Below the pieces are notes generated by a model. It had not been told where the DNA came from, made no database searches, and saw nothing but the letters and a program-made list of their open reading frames with translations. Shown here piece by piece: positions 24,077-37,921 of a DNA stretch of 64,000 nucleotides. Both the position numbers and the translations under genes were made by a program. Every line of letters begins with the position of its first letter. Within the stretch, counting starts at the first letter, position 1. The DNA is from the human T2T-CHM13v2.0 reference genome, Homo sapiens, in NCBI RefSeq assembly GCF_009914755.1, contig NC_060928.1. The stretch is one strand, 5' to 3'.

Positions 24077-24802
24077 TGAGGCAGAGCAGGGACGCTCTTT
24101 TTAGGGCCCTGCAGTCTCCTGAGCATGGAAATAAAGGAAAACCTTGAGTTCCTTCAAGGGAAATTCCAAGCACCTAGCTGGGGCTGAGAAGTAAATAAGC
24201 GGCTTGATAAGCAAGAAGGTAACAGTAGCCTAAAACAATAGCCAAGGAAGTTAGAGTCAGGAGATGTTTGGTTCCTTTGTAGAAACTAAAACTAACAGCG
24301 TATGTCCCTGAGTTGTTTTTCAGAAACCCAAACCCCCACCAAACAGATCTGCTGGCACATAGACCTTAGATAAGAGGAAGCTGAGGACTAAACTCTGGCC
24401 ACCATTCCTTGTTCAAAATTTCTTCCAGAGGAGCCTGGAAGAGGTGATGCTCATGAGCCAGAGCTAACATTCTTTTCTGCCAATCTCAAATTTTTAGACA
24501 AAGCTTTGCTTCCCAAACCTATCACAAATCAGAAAATCTTTCAATCCACCTATGACCTGTGGGTCCCTGCTTCGAGCTCTTCCTCCTTTTTAGGTCAAAC
24601 CAATGTAGCCTCCATGTATTGATTTATGACTTTGTCTATAACTTCCTTCCTGAAATTTACTCCTGCCTTTAAAAACTCTTACCTGCAAGACATCAGGGAG
24701 TTCGGGTCTTAAGCATGAGCTGCCCAGACTGTCCTTGTTTGGTGCCCTGCAAATAAACACCTTCCTTTTCTGTGTATCCCAGAGTAGGACAGTCACTTGA
24801 CA
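24077..24802 (+). mobile_element. ERV1 solo LTR, MER39-like
   Basis: Starts TGAGGCAGAGCAGGGAC...GCATGGAAATAAAGGAAAACCTTGAGTTCCTTCAAGGGAAATTCC; AATAAA near 24752; 3' end approximate. Confidence 0.75.
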
Positions 24803-25079
24803 CTAATGTAAGACTAAAACAGGGGCCCATGGTATACTGGAAGAAACCTTGCAATGGTGACTTCAGGGAATTTTCTGCTATCTAATCACCAAAGTCTCCT
24901 TTGGATAAGAGAGCATTAGATAAGCAAATCAGAGAAGCTGGTATCTAAGGTTCCTTCTGGCTTGTCTGACCACTGACCAGTATTACTTGTAGAACTCAAG
25001 CTATGGTATGAAGCACGTTGTGTTATAACAATATGTGAAACTGGGAACAGAAAAAGTCAGGAATTTCTGAACTGAAGAG

Positions 25080-25205
25080 ATTTTAAAACACAGATTCGCA
25101 GGCTGGAAAGTCTGATTCAACGTGTCTAAGGAGAGCCTGGATGTGAGCATTTTATGAAAGCTCTTCAGGTGATCCTGATGTACAACCAGGCTTGGGAATC
25201 AGTGA
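25080..25205. mobile_element. MER5 (hAT-Charlie) fragment
   Basis: CTGATTCA...GCATTTT...CAGGTGATCCTGATG...GGGAATCAGTG. Confidence 0.6.
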
Positions 25206-25253
25206 AATAATTCATGCTTTTACTTAGTTGGACCTTATTTTGTCAAATAATTT

Positions 25254-25545
<292 letters not shown>

Positions 25546-25999
25546 CTTGTCAAATAATTTCTATAATTTTTCTGTAGTTTTTCACTTGAATCCCAATCAT
25601 TGTGCTCAAATCTAACATATATTATAAAGTAATATAATTTTCTTCAAAAGTAATAAAAATACTCGAAAGAGATACCGCAAAAATGTTTAGAGTGGACAAT
25701 TTATGAATAACATAGGCAAAATATGAATTAAGTGATGACTATATGGTGTGATAAAACTGAAACCTGGGCCAGGCTAGTCTTTGATTTGTAAAATTTGTCC
25801 TATTCCTTCGACAGATGTTAAATGTTATCTTTCTGGCAACCAATGTGGCACCCATACCATATTTTCATTCCTGCTGGACTGTCATAGTAAACTAAGAAGT
25901 TATAGATTGTATAGATTTGGCCAAGTTTAATAAGCCCTTGAAGGAAAGTCTCTAAGTTGTCTCTCTCTCTTGCAAAGTTGTTTAAGATTAAAAGAATTG

Positions 26000-26138
26000 G
26001 GAGATATACCTAATGCTAGATGACGAGTTAGTGGGTGCAGCGCACCAGCATGGCACATGTATACATATGTGACTAACCTGCACAATGTGCACATGTACCC
26101 TAAAACTTAAAGTATAATTAAAAAAAAAAAAAAAAGAA
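26000..26138 (+). mobile_element. Very short L1PA2-like 3' fragment with TSD
   Basis: AATGCTAGATGACGAGTTAGTGGGTGCAGCGCACC (GAG at the Ta-diagnostic site, so not Ta or pre-Ta); long poly(A); TSD TAAAAGAATTG. Confidence 0.93.
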
Positions 26139-27249
26139 TAAAAGAATTGTGGATTTTTGAGGTGAGATAACAGATGAAAATTCCTTGGCTTAACAAAGCA
26201 ATTAGTAATTTATTAAATCCATCTTTCCACAGAATATACATACATACATATATATATGTTAATTAATAAAATCCCTCTAGACTGTGGAGACTAAAATAGG
26301 CCATACTGATGAGGATGATTAAAGTCAAATCAACAGAAGAGTTTAAATTTCTGCTTCCACTAGTGTTTATTTGCATAATATTATATAGTGCTCTACATTA
26401 TAACAGACAGTAAATGTTCACACAAAAGATATACAGCCTCTACTTTCAAAATACTCAAAATTTAGTTGTGAATGTATACACATTAAAGAATTATAAATAG
26501 TAATAGAAGGTAGCACATAAATAGATGTCCCAAAGAATGGCACTGAAAAAAAATAACGTAAGAATTCAGCTAGAAAGATAGGAATATAGAATGGAGCGAT
26601 CAAGGATGATTTCCAGGAGATAGAAATCGTTCTGAATCATCAAAGATGAATATTTTTATCAGTAAAAAGGGGAAGGAGTGAAGCAAACTAGAAAATAAGC
26701 TTGAACAAAATCATAGAAATGAGCAGCAAATGAGTATGTTGGGACCAAGCAAACAAGTAAAGAGAAAAAAATCTGGCTTTTAGTTGATGGTCTTGATTTA
26801 GAGGAACCATGAGCAAAAGCATGGGTAGTTTCAATGGGTCAATATCTGGCAAGAAAGAGGGACCTAAAAAACTAATCTGAAATATTTGTACTTTATCCTA
26901 CATGCCACTGGTCATTAAACTCTTTTGATCATGTAACCCTTTCATTTTCGAACCTGCATTAAAAATACATATTTATTTATATTGCATATTACTAAACCAT
27001 TTGTTTATAATTCATATACCAAAACAGAAAATTTAAAGGAATGATAGAAAGAAGAAATGAAAAATAATTTTAAATATCTTGCTAATCATGATAGTTTTAT
27101 ACCATCATTACTTAATATCTCAAGGTTCAGCATAACGATAAATGAAACAATATTTCAAACACTCTTTTGGCTAATTTCAAATAATTTCACAATAAGATAT
27201 GGTTAGACAATCATGATTAGCCTTATATGACAAAGAACTCTAAAGAGAA

Positions 27250-27486
27250 GGTAAAAATAATTTTAAAATCTCATCAGTAATGTTTTTGTTGGTTGCTTAT
27301 TGAAAAGATAATATTTTGGAAACATTGGCTTAATAAAAGTACTATTAAATTTAATGTATTTAATTTACTTTTAAAGTACTATTAAATTTAATTTTACGGA
27401 TTTCTTTTTACTTTTAAAAGTGTGACTATTAGAGAATTTAAAATTACATATGTGGTTCGCATTGTATTTCCATTGGACAGTATTGC
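27250..27486 (-). mobile_element. MER33 (hAT-Charlie)
   Basis: TTTAAAATTACATATGTGGTTCGCATTGTATTTCCATTGGACAG is the reverse of the MER33 start; contains a duplicated AAAGTACTATTAAATTTAA. Confidence 0.7.
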
Positions 27487-27996
27487 CCTCTATACTGATG
27501 TGGCAGAAATGTAACGGATGATGGAACGCAAGATAATTCTGAATATTGTTTTAAACATACTGCTGTACTCACTGCCTTACTCAATCAGATCATCTTTGGT
27601 AGGATATGTATTTTGTTATTTAACACCACATATTTCATAGCTATTCAGTGGGAATATACAAGGAAAATACGGTGAGGGGGAGTTCATGATCAGGTTACAG
27701 GGAGATGAAAGCTGTGTGATCAAGATATCACCAACCAACCAGAGCAGTAAAATCTTCCCTCTCATATCTCATTATCCAGATGCAACCTATATTCAGGAGA
27801 GCAGGAGTGTGACGTTCACAAAAAGGCAGGGCAGCACATGCTGAGGCTGGGCCATCATAGGCGCAAGTCCTCCTCACCTCCCCATTCACCAGGAACCCAG
27901 ATGGTGCCCCTGAACAGTGGCAGTGCATTGTGAGAAACCCCGCAGTGCCAAGAAGGATAAGCATGCGCTGTTGCTGGACGATGTCAGCACACTCAC

Positions 27997-28054
27997 CACT
28001 GATACCATCTAATGGATGTCGGGAGGCAGAGTGATCCTCAGCTCTCTCTTCATA
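27997..28054 (-). other. Candidate 58-nt exon (alternative donor extends it to 27878, 177 nt)
   Basis: Acceptor cctttctgtttgagtccctggtag|TAT; donors GTG|gtgagt and GAG|gtgagg; phase-0 frame YEERAEDHSASRHPLDGIS stays open to the stop at 27728; locally GC/CpG-richer unique DNA. Confidence 0.45.
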
Positions 28055-29899
28055 CTACCAGGGACTCAAACAGAAAGGAGCACCATTCTTTGCTAGAGAT
28101 AAGGGCCCCTCAGTAACTTCATCCTAACTAGACTTGGAGAGTCATGGTATTGAGAAGTGCCAATGAGGTTTTAAAATGAAAAATATTAGGTTTGAAAAAG
28201 CAAAAAGAATTGGGCAGAGATAGTCACAAATGCATCAGTAAGAGTGTCACAGAGAGAGGGAATGCTTGGTGCCTACCCAACAAAGCCTCATGGAGGAAAA
28301 GCCATTAGACTTTAAATAGTCTACAGTCTAGATCTTTACAATATATATAATACACACACACATGCATACACACACATAAATTTACATGGTTTGTTTTTAC
28401 TTTCTTTTGTTTATTATGATAATTTCACTCCCAGATTCTTAAGAAAAGTTTTCAAAGAGGCTGCTTCCCATACGCTTTCTAGAACTTACTTTCCTTGAAC
28501 CCAATACTAACAGATCAGCTATTATTGAGAGATATAAAATAAGGGCCTTATCTCAGATTTGCTTTTATTCACTTTAATCCTGACAATATATAAGAGAATT
28601 TTAAATAAAAATTTCAAAAGGCTATTTCGTAATTTGATTCTGTAAACCACATTTTAAATGGATTCTATTCTATCCAAAAAAATACATTAAATAATCATAG
28701 AATCAATTTAAGTAAAAGGAGAAATTTTGATTAGCTATTAAGAAAACAAATTAAATTATAATATGAGCTTTGACATATTGGAATGTGTTTTCTGGGTTAT
28801 GCATTATCCTTTTCTGAAGGTAAGAAAGTAGTAAGTAATGACATAGATTTTTTATTTTCAGGAGATAAAAGATTGGAAAGAATAATTTTCAAAGACACTT
28901 CTAATAATACAATTCTGTAAACCTTCTAGATTTCCATATTACTTTGTGGAAATATGTTCTGCTTTGATTTTTCTACTTGCAAATACTGAATGGCAGTATT
29001 AGAACTGTGAGGATTAATTCACAGTGATATAATGTGGCACAAAAATAGGAGTATTAGACTTATGTATTCATTTAAATTTTTCATAATGAAATATTTGATT
29101 TGTGGACCTGACTTTTTCCTCCTGAAAATAACTATATTCATTCTTGTTTAGAGAAAAAGTTTCAATATAGAATTCATTTATAATATTAATTAGAACACCA
29201 TCTACTACGTTAGACTGCAGTTATGGATCTGTTACTAGGTCTATTGTACACTGGTTTTCAGATAGAATATAATTATTTTCTTACTTGACATAACATTTAG
29301 AATGAAATATCTATAAGGAAACATATTTAACAATTTTAGTTTAAGTATTGAAGAAAGAATATATTTTGTAGTTATGATATTAAAGTAAGGTTTACTGCTA
29401 TGACCCAAGTAATAGAAATAACATTTTATGAAAACACTAGACCTTATTGTAATATTATTTTTTACTATTATCTGATATTGTCTAATATTTATCACTATGA
29501 CCTATAGGGTCATTGTTGGGTTATTTTCCCCAAAACTCTACCTAATAAGTACCTGCCCATTAAGACATTGAAGGAAAAAAATATCCACAGTACAAATTAA
29601 GAAAACAACAAGCAGAGATTCAGTTGTTCACCAAGAAAGGGCCAAATTTGCTCAGTGTTTGTTAGGAAAGTCTTCTCTCCTTATCAAAATATTCTTGTAA
29701 ATATCAATAGTTATTATGTTAATATGTATTAGCAGTAGAATGTAAGATATATAGCAGCAGGAATTTAAGAACTTAAATTATTACTGCAACACTCTGTGTG
29801 CAGAATGGTGACTGGCACAAAGTAGGCACTCAAAAAATATTTTAAAGTAAAAGAATGGATAATTGCTTAAGTCTATTAAGTCTCCTTTTTCTTTGACAT

Positions 29900-31420
29900 T
29901 TATGAACATATAGAAACACTCTATTAAACATTGGAAATAAAGATGAATAAAATGTTAGGCATAACCTCAAAAAACCCTCAGTCTATTAGGAGAGATAGAA
30001 AAGAACAGATAATAAAACTGAAATATGGCAAGTATACTGATTGAGATTTTCACAAAATTCTATGTAAACGCATTGAACACATCCTGGAAGAACTACAGGG
30101 AGAGGGATGGGAGTCAGGAAATGTTTCTTGAAAGAAATTAGTATTAAATGATGAAAAACAGCCAGATAAGAATCAAAGAAAATACCTCAGACAGAGGGAA
30201 GCATGAAGATGAGAAAAAAAACGGTGTGTTCAAAAATGACGAGTTCCACATGGCTGTGGATTAGATGAAAGGCAGAGTTAGAAAGGAAGACAGGGGCCAG
30301 ATTATAGGAGGTTTTTTTTTTTTTCTTATAGGTAATGAGGAGTCTTTAAGAGTCGTAAGTAGGAGATGATAGGTTTTTATAGTAGATAATTGCTCTGGCA
30401 ACTATGTAGAAGATAGATTAGACAGAAGGTGGAATGGTGTTCTAGGAGTCAAGGAGAAAATTGATAAGGGCTTGAACTAATACAGTAGCATCTGCAAGGA
30501 AAGGAGCATCTGATTTACACAATGCTTAGGACAGCAATTCTCAATCTCTGGAGTCTATTAGAACCATGTGGGAGCCTGTTTCAATCTACCCAGGGCTTTC
30601 CACTCCCTCTAAAGGTTTTGGCAAAGAAGCGCATTCCCCATTTCCAATGAGAGTCACTAACATTGTAACCCATTATGATATCTATAAGCATGACATAGCC
30701 CTCAGGTGTTTGGGGAAGAAAAAGCTAAGAAGAATATCACCCGGACTTGGTTATTAGATAATCACATAAAGGAGTGAGTGATGGGGAAACAGGAACCCAC
30801 GATTATTGTATGAACTAGATGGACGGTGAAGCTATCGACTGAGATGGGGAGGAAGGTGCAGAGAAGGAGCAAGTTTGAAGTCTGAGATGCCTGCAAACAA
30901 CTACGTGGAAAGGTCAATAGGAATTAGAAATACAAGTCAGACTTGGAGAAAAATTCTGAGCTAGAGATTTGAAGTCATCAGAATATAGATGATGGATAAA
31001 ATGCAAGTAAGGAAATCGCTTATAGATCAAGAAGAAATAGAGGGTCAAAATAGAACCTGGAGAGTCCTCCTGAGGGAGTGGGCAAAGAGGAACTCAAGAA
31101 GATAACAGAGAAGAAACCACCAAAAAGTAAACTTTTCTGTCAAAAAAAAAAAAAAAAAAAAAACCAAGAGAATGCTATTCAGAAACACCCAAGTAGAGAG
31201 AGTTTTGGAAAAAAGGTGGTGATCAAGTGTGAACTGGGGTAGAAAAGTCCAATAAGATCAGGTCTTGGGCCCTCTGGCTTTTGGTAGTAAGCTGGTCTTA
31301 CTGAGCTTTGCCAGATGTTCCATGAAGATAGGCAGGTAGAAGACAAGTTAGATCAAACTGAGGAGTGAGTAGGAATTGAGGGAATGACTATAGTGAAAAG
31401 AAACTACTCTTTGAATAAAT
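29900..31420 (-). mobile_element. L2 fragments
   Basis: Purine-rich antisense L2 phrases (GAGATGCCTG; GAAGTCATCAG; GAACTGGGGTAGAAAAGTC). Confidence 0.6.
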
Positions 31421-32126
31421 TATAATATATTAATTCTTTCTGGCTGCCTTGTGTCATTACTCACCAAAAAGAATGTGTCCTTATCATTCTTTTAAATAAA
31501 AAAGAAATGCACAGTCACATAAATTTACCCTAATTGTGAAACCAGGAAATACATACTGCTATGTCCCTATTTTCAATGCAAAAATTTTAATACCACCTAA
31601 AACTCCACCTAGATTAGAAGCAAATATACTAGACTCAAACCAAATTCCCTTGATCCTTCTGAATGTGCTGTCAACCTTCAACCCAAGTGAGGACAGCTTG
31701 AGGACAGCTTAAGTCAAAATGGGGACTGGTTCCTCCCAAACAATTGAAGCTTCACTTAAATGGAGCTTTTTTTTTCTTAATCTTATTCTCTAAACTCCAA
31801 ATTTAATCTGCCACACACATCTACTTATTAAGTCATAAAGTCATAAAGCATGAGAGGCAAAAATAGAATAAAGTTATATAAAACAGAAATTTGGGTTTTT
31901 TTCCCCCAAAGCCACAGACTTCAGACCTGACTCAATAAAATGTATTGAGAGGAACTCACATGTGGTAGCTCTCTGACAGATCCATATATAGAGAACATAA
32001 GCTTGTTGGTCACATTCACTGTACAGACTATACGCAGCCTAGAGTCTAAGACACAGTTAATGTAATCAACAAGCACATAGTCTCACATATACGGCATAAG
32101 CATCTTGGTATTCATTTATCCATTCA

Positions 32127-32554
<428 letters not shown>

Positions 32555-32826
32555 CTATAATTGAAGAAAGAGCAAGAGCTCCTACCCAAATGTGGAAAAT
32601 TGGGAGGGATTAGTCAGGAAATGCATCCTGAGGAAGTAATACTCAAACTGTAGTCTGTAGTACACACGTGAGTTAGTCAAATGAAGAGGAGAAGGAAGAA
32701 TGTCCCATTGCTTGGAGCATTTCAGGAACTGAAAAGGTTGATTTGCCTGGAGTCTGGTGTGAATGGAAAACTGGCAAGGCACCAACTAGAGAGATGGGTA
32801 GTTAGGGTGTAGATAATGTAAGCCAT

Positions 32827-33270
32827 GTGTGGCGGGCAGCCGCTGAGAAGGCCTCAGTGACCCCCAGCTGGTGCAGTCGTCAGCCCTTGCATGTGGATCA
32901 CGGCCTCCCCTCTAACAAACAGTATACAGCAAAACTGTTAGGATTTCACTTCCAAGATTTAGGGCTTCTGTCTCAGGTGCCCTCACTCTTCCATGGATCT
33001 CTCACTCTGGGGGAAGCCAACTGCCACATCCTCCTTTGAAGAGGCCCACATGTTCTTTGAGCCGACATGAGTAAGCTTCGAAGCAGATTTTCCCTTGAGA
33101 TGACTGCAGCCCTGGTTGACACCTTGATTGCAGCTTTGTGACAGACCCGGAGTCAGAACACCCATTCCTAGACACCTGACCCACAGAAACTGTGAGGTAA
33201 TAAATGTGAGTTGTTTCCAGTCACTGAGCTTTGGGGTAATTTGTTAAAACAGCAATAGATTGCTAATACA
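32827..33270 (+). mobile_element. MLT1 (F-like) MaLR solo LTR
   Basis: TG start; 3' end GACCCACAGAAACTGTGAGGTAATAAATGTG...GGGGTAATTTGTT...GCAATAGATTGCTAATACA. Confidence 0.85.
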
Positions 33271-34091
33271 CCATGTTAAAGAACTGGGTCGAGCATTAAC
33301 CTAAAAGAATGAGAATTTGCTGAAGAGTTTTAAGCAGAAAGAAAGATGAAATGTTCCTATTTGCAATTTTAGACATTGAGTAACACTCTCACATTAAGCT
33401 TGAAATAAAAATCTGGAACTATCCATGAAAATAAAAACTTAAGCAAACAACACTTTCTGCTACAAAATTCTAGTTCTAAAGTTCAATATCCTGTATAAAA
33501 CTTGTACCTCACTCCTCAAATTAATCAGTCAACAATCAATCTAATTAACTTTTTAAACACTGTAGACGCTCCCCTCTCCACTTGAGATCCACTGGACCAC
33601 TGCCTTAGTTGAGGCCTCTATCATCTCCAACCTGGACCACTGGCAACAACCCCCTAATCATTTCCCCACCTAGAGTCTGGTGTCCTTCCCATCCACCCCA
33701 AACTGTACTAAGATTATCCTCATAAAAGCAGAAGCTAAGTATCATATATCCCATTAGATTATAGAAAACAATATAAGCTGCTATACAAATCACATATTTA
33801 TTTCCATGACATGGCTCCTATTTATTCTCCATCATCTCCCAAATCACAATTTTGACTGGGTACAGGAACCCAAATTTAGTAGGATCTCAAAAAACATCTG
33901 TGGAGTGGTTGGTATAATTCCTCATCAGGTTAAAGGAATCTGAACTTATTAACCAATGAGTAAAGTATCCTACATGCATCTGAAAGAAGAAGCCATGAAG
34001 TTGAAGCATGTTTGGTTATTATCACCCCTTTCAAATACATGCTCTAATTTAGAGAAATTAAGGAAGTAGGGAGAAAACAGAAATTTCATTT

Positions 34092-34144
<53 letters not shown>
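34092..34144 (+). repeat. (TA)n(TG)~20 microsatellite in place of the L1 tail
   Basis: Read directly; lies between the TSD and the L1 3' end. Confidence 0.95.
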
Positions 34145-34145
<1 letters not shown>

Positions 34146-34795
34146 GGGATACATGTGCAGAACATGCAGGTTTGCTACATAGGTATACACGTACCATGGT
34201 GGTTTGCTGCACCCATCAACCCGTCATCTACATTAGGTATTTCTCCTACTGCTATCCCTCCCTTTGCTCCCATCCCCCTGACAGACCCTGGTGTGTGATG
34301 TTCCTCTCCCTGTGTCCATGTGTTTTCATTGTTCAACTCCCACTTATGAATGAGAACACTTGGTGTTTGGTTTTTTGTTCCTGTGTTAGTTTGCTGAGAA
34401 TGATGGTTCCCAGCTTCATCCATGTCCCTGCAAATGACATGAACTCATCCTTTTTCATCACTGCATAGTATTCCATGGCGTATATGTGCCACATTTTCTT
34501 TATCCAGTCTATCATTGATGGGCATATGGGTTGGTTCCAAGTCTTTGCTATTGTGAATAGTGCCGCAATAAACATACATGTGCATGTGTCTTTATAGTAG
34601 AATGAGTAATAATCCTTTGGGTATATACCCAGTAATGGGGTTGCTGAGTCAAATGGTATTTCTGGTTCTAGATCCTTGAGGAATTGCCACACTGTCTTCC
34701 ACAATGGTTGAACTAATTTACACTCCCACCAACAGTGTAAAAGCATTCCTATTTCTCCACATCCTCTCCAGCATCTGTTGTTTCCTGACTTTTTT

Positions 34796-35135
34796 GGTTG
34801 TTGTTGTTTTTTGTTTTTGTTTTTGTTTTTTGTTTTTTGTTTTTTGTTTTTTTTGAGACAGAGTCTTGCTCTGTTGCCCAGGCTGAAGGTGCAGTGGCAC
34901 GATCTCAGCTCAGGCAAGCTCCACATCCTGGGTTCACGCCATTCTCCTGCCTCAGCCTCCCGAGTAGCTGGGACTACAGGCACCCACCACCACGCCTGGC
35001 TAATTTTTTGTATTTTTAGTAGAGACGGGGTTTCACCCTGTTAGCCAGGATGGTCTTGATCTCCTGACCTTGTGATCCGCCCACCTCGGCCTCCCAAAGT
35101 GCTGGGATTACACGCATGAGCCACCACACCCAGCC
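34796..35135 (-). mobile_element. AluY nested in the L1PA7
   Basis: CAAGCTCC...GGGTTCACGCCATTCTCC and TTAGCCAGGATGGTC diagnostics; (TTTTTG)n-type tail. Confidence 0.9.
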
Positions 35136-35798
35136 TTTTCTAACTGGCGTGAGATGGTATCTCATTGTGGTTTTGATTTGCATTTCTCTAATGACCAGTG
35201 ATGATGAGCTTTTTTTCATATGTCTGTTGGCCGCATTAAAAAGAAGACATTTGTCTTCTTTTGAGAAGTGTCTGTTCATATCCTTTGCCCACTTTTTGAA
35301 GGGGTTGTTTTTTCCTTGTAAATTTGTTTAAGTTCCTTGTGATTCTGGATATTAGCCCTTTGTCAGATGGATAGAATGCAAAAATTTTCTTCCATTCTGT
35401 TGGTTCCCTGTTCACTCTGATGATAGCTTCTTTTGCTGTGCAGAAGCTCTTTAGTTTAATTAGATCTCATTTGCCCATTTTGGTTCTTGTTGCTATTGCT
35501 TTTGGTGTTTTAGTCATGAAGTCTTTGCCCATGCTTATGTCCTGAATGGTATTGCCTAGGTTTTCTTCAAGGGTTTTTATGGTTTTTACATTTAAGTCTT
35601 TAATCCATCTTGAGTTAATTTTTGTATGAAGTGTAAGGAAGAAGTCCAGCTTCAGTTTTCTGCATATGGCTAGCCAGTTTTCTCAACACCATTTATTAAA
35701 TATGGAATCTTTTCCCTGTTGCTTGTTTTTGTCAGGTTTCTCAAAGATCAGATGGTTGTAGATGTGTGGCGTTATTTCCTTCCCCCACCTTTTATTAG

Positions 35799-36371
35799 TT
35801 TTTTTTAATTATTATTATACTTTAAGTTTTAGGGTACATGTGCACAATGTGTAGGTTAGTTACATATGTATACATGTGCCATGTTGGTGTGCTGCATCCA
35901 TTAACTCGTCATTTAACATTAAGTATATCTCCTAATGCTATCCCACCCCCTCCCCCCGACCCCACAACAGGCCCCGGTGTGTGATGTTCCCCTTCCTGTG
36001 TCCATGTGTTCTCATTGTTCAATTCCCACCTATGAGTGAGAACATACGGTGTTTGGTTTTTTGTCCTTGTGATAGTTTGCCGAGAATGATGGTTTCCAGC
36101 TTCATCGATGTCCCTACAAAGACATGAACTCATCATTTTTTATGGTTGCATAGTATTCCATGGTGTATATGTGCCACATTTTCTTAATCCAGTCTATCAT
36201 TGTTGGACATTTGGGTTGGTTCCAAGTCTTTGCTATTGTGAATAGTGCTGCAATAAACATATGTGTGCATGTGTCTTTATAGCAGCATGATTTATAATCC
36301 TTTGGGTATATACCCAGTAATGGGATGGCTGGGTCAAATGGTATTTCTAGTTCTAGATCCCTGAGGAATTG
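35799..36371 (-). mobile_element. L1PA4-like 3' fragment nested in ORF2 of the L1PA7
   Basis: A second L1 3' end inside ORF2; TSD TGTGTGGYGTTATTTC at 35763-35778 and 36372-36387. Confidence 0.93.
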
Positions 36372-37130
36372 TGTGTGGTGTTATTTCTAAGGCCTTTGTT
36401 CTGTTCCGCTGGTCTATGTATCTGTTTTGGTACCAGTACCATGCTATTTTGGTTACTGTAGCCTTGTAGTATAGTTTGAAGTCAGGTAGTGTGATGCCTC
36501 CAGCTTTGTTCTTTTGGCTTAGGATTGTCTTGGCTATACAGGCTCTTTTTTGGTTCCATATGAAATTTAAAGTAGTTTTTTTTCTAATTCTGTGAAGAAA
36601 GTCAATGGTAGCTTGATGGGGATAGCATTGAATCTATAAATCACTTTGGGCAGTATGGCCATTTTCATGATATTGATTCTTCCTATCCATGAGCATGGAA
36701 TGTTTTTCCATTTGTTTGTGTCCTCTCTTATTTCCTTGAGCAGTGGTTTGTAGTTCTCCTTGAAGAGGTACTTCACATCCCTTGTAAGTTGGATTCCTAG
36801 GTATTTTATTCTCTTTGCAGCAATTGTGAATGGGAGTTCACTCTTGATTTGGCTCTCTGTTTGCCTATTATTGGTGTATAGGAATGCTTGTGACTTTTGC
36901 ACACTGACTTTGTATCCTGAGACTTTGCTGACGTTGCTTATCAGCATAAAGAGATTTGGGGCTGAGATGACGGGGTTTTCTAAATATGCAATCATGTCAT
37001 CTGCAAACAGAGACAATTTGACTTCCTCTCCTCCTATGTGAATACCCTTTATTTCTTTCTCTTGCCTGAGTACCCTGGCCAGTACTTCCAATACTATGTT
37101 GAATAGGAGTGGTGAGAGAGGACATCCTTA

Positions 37131-37283
<153 letters not shown>

Positions 37284-37723
37284 TTATTGAAGGCGTTTTC
37301 TGCATCTATTGAGAAAATTATGTGGTTTTGGTCATTGGTTCTGTTTATGTGATGAATTATGTTTATTGATTTGCATATGCTGAAACAGACTTGCATCCCA
37401 GAAATGAAGCCGACTTGATCGTGGTGGATAAGCTTTTTGATGTGCTGCTGGGTTCAGTTTGCCAGTATTTTATTGAAGATTTTCACATCGATGTTCATCA
37501 GGGATACTGGCCAGAAATTTCCTTTTTTTGTGTGTGTCTCTGCCAGGTTTTGGTATCAGGATGATGCTGGCATCATAGAATTAGTTAGGGGAGATTCCTT
37601 CTTTTTCTGTTGTTTAGAATAGCTTCAGAAGGAATGGTACCAGCTCCTCTTTGTACCTCTGGTAGAATTTGGCTGTGAATCTATCTGGTCCTGGACTTCT
37701 TTTGGTTGGTAGGCTATTAATTA

Positions 37724-37921
<198 letters not shown>

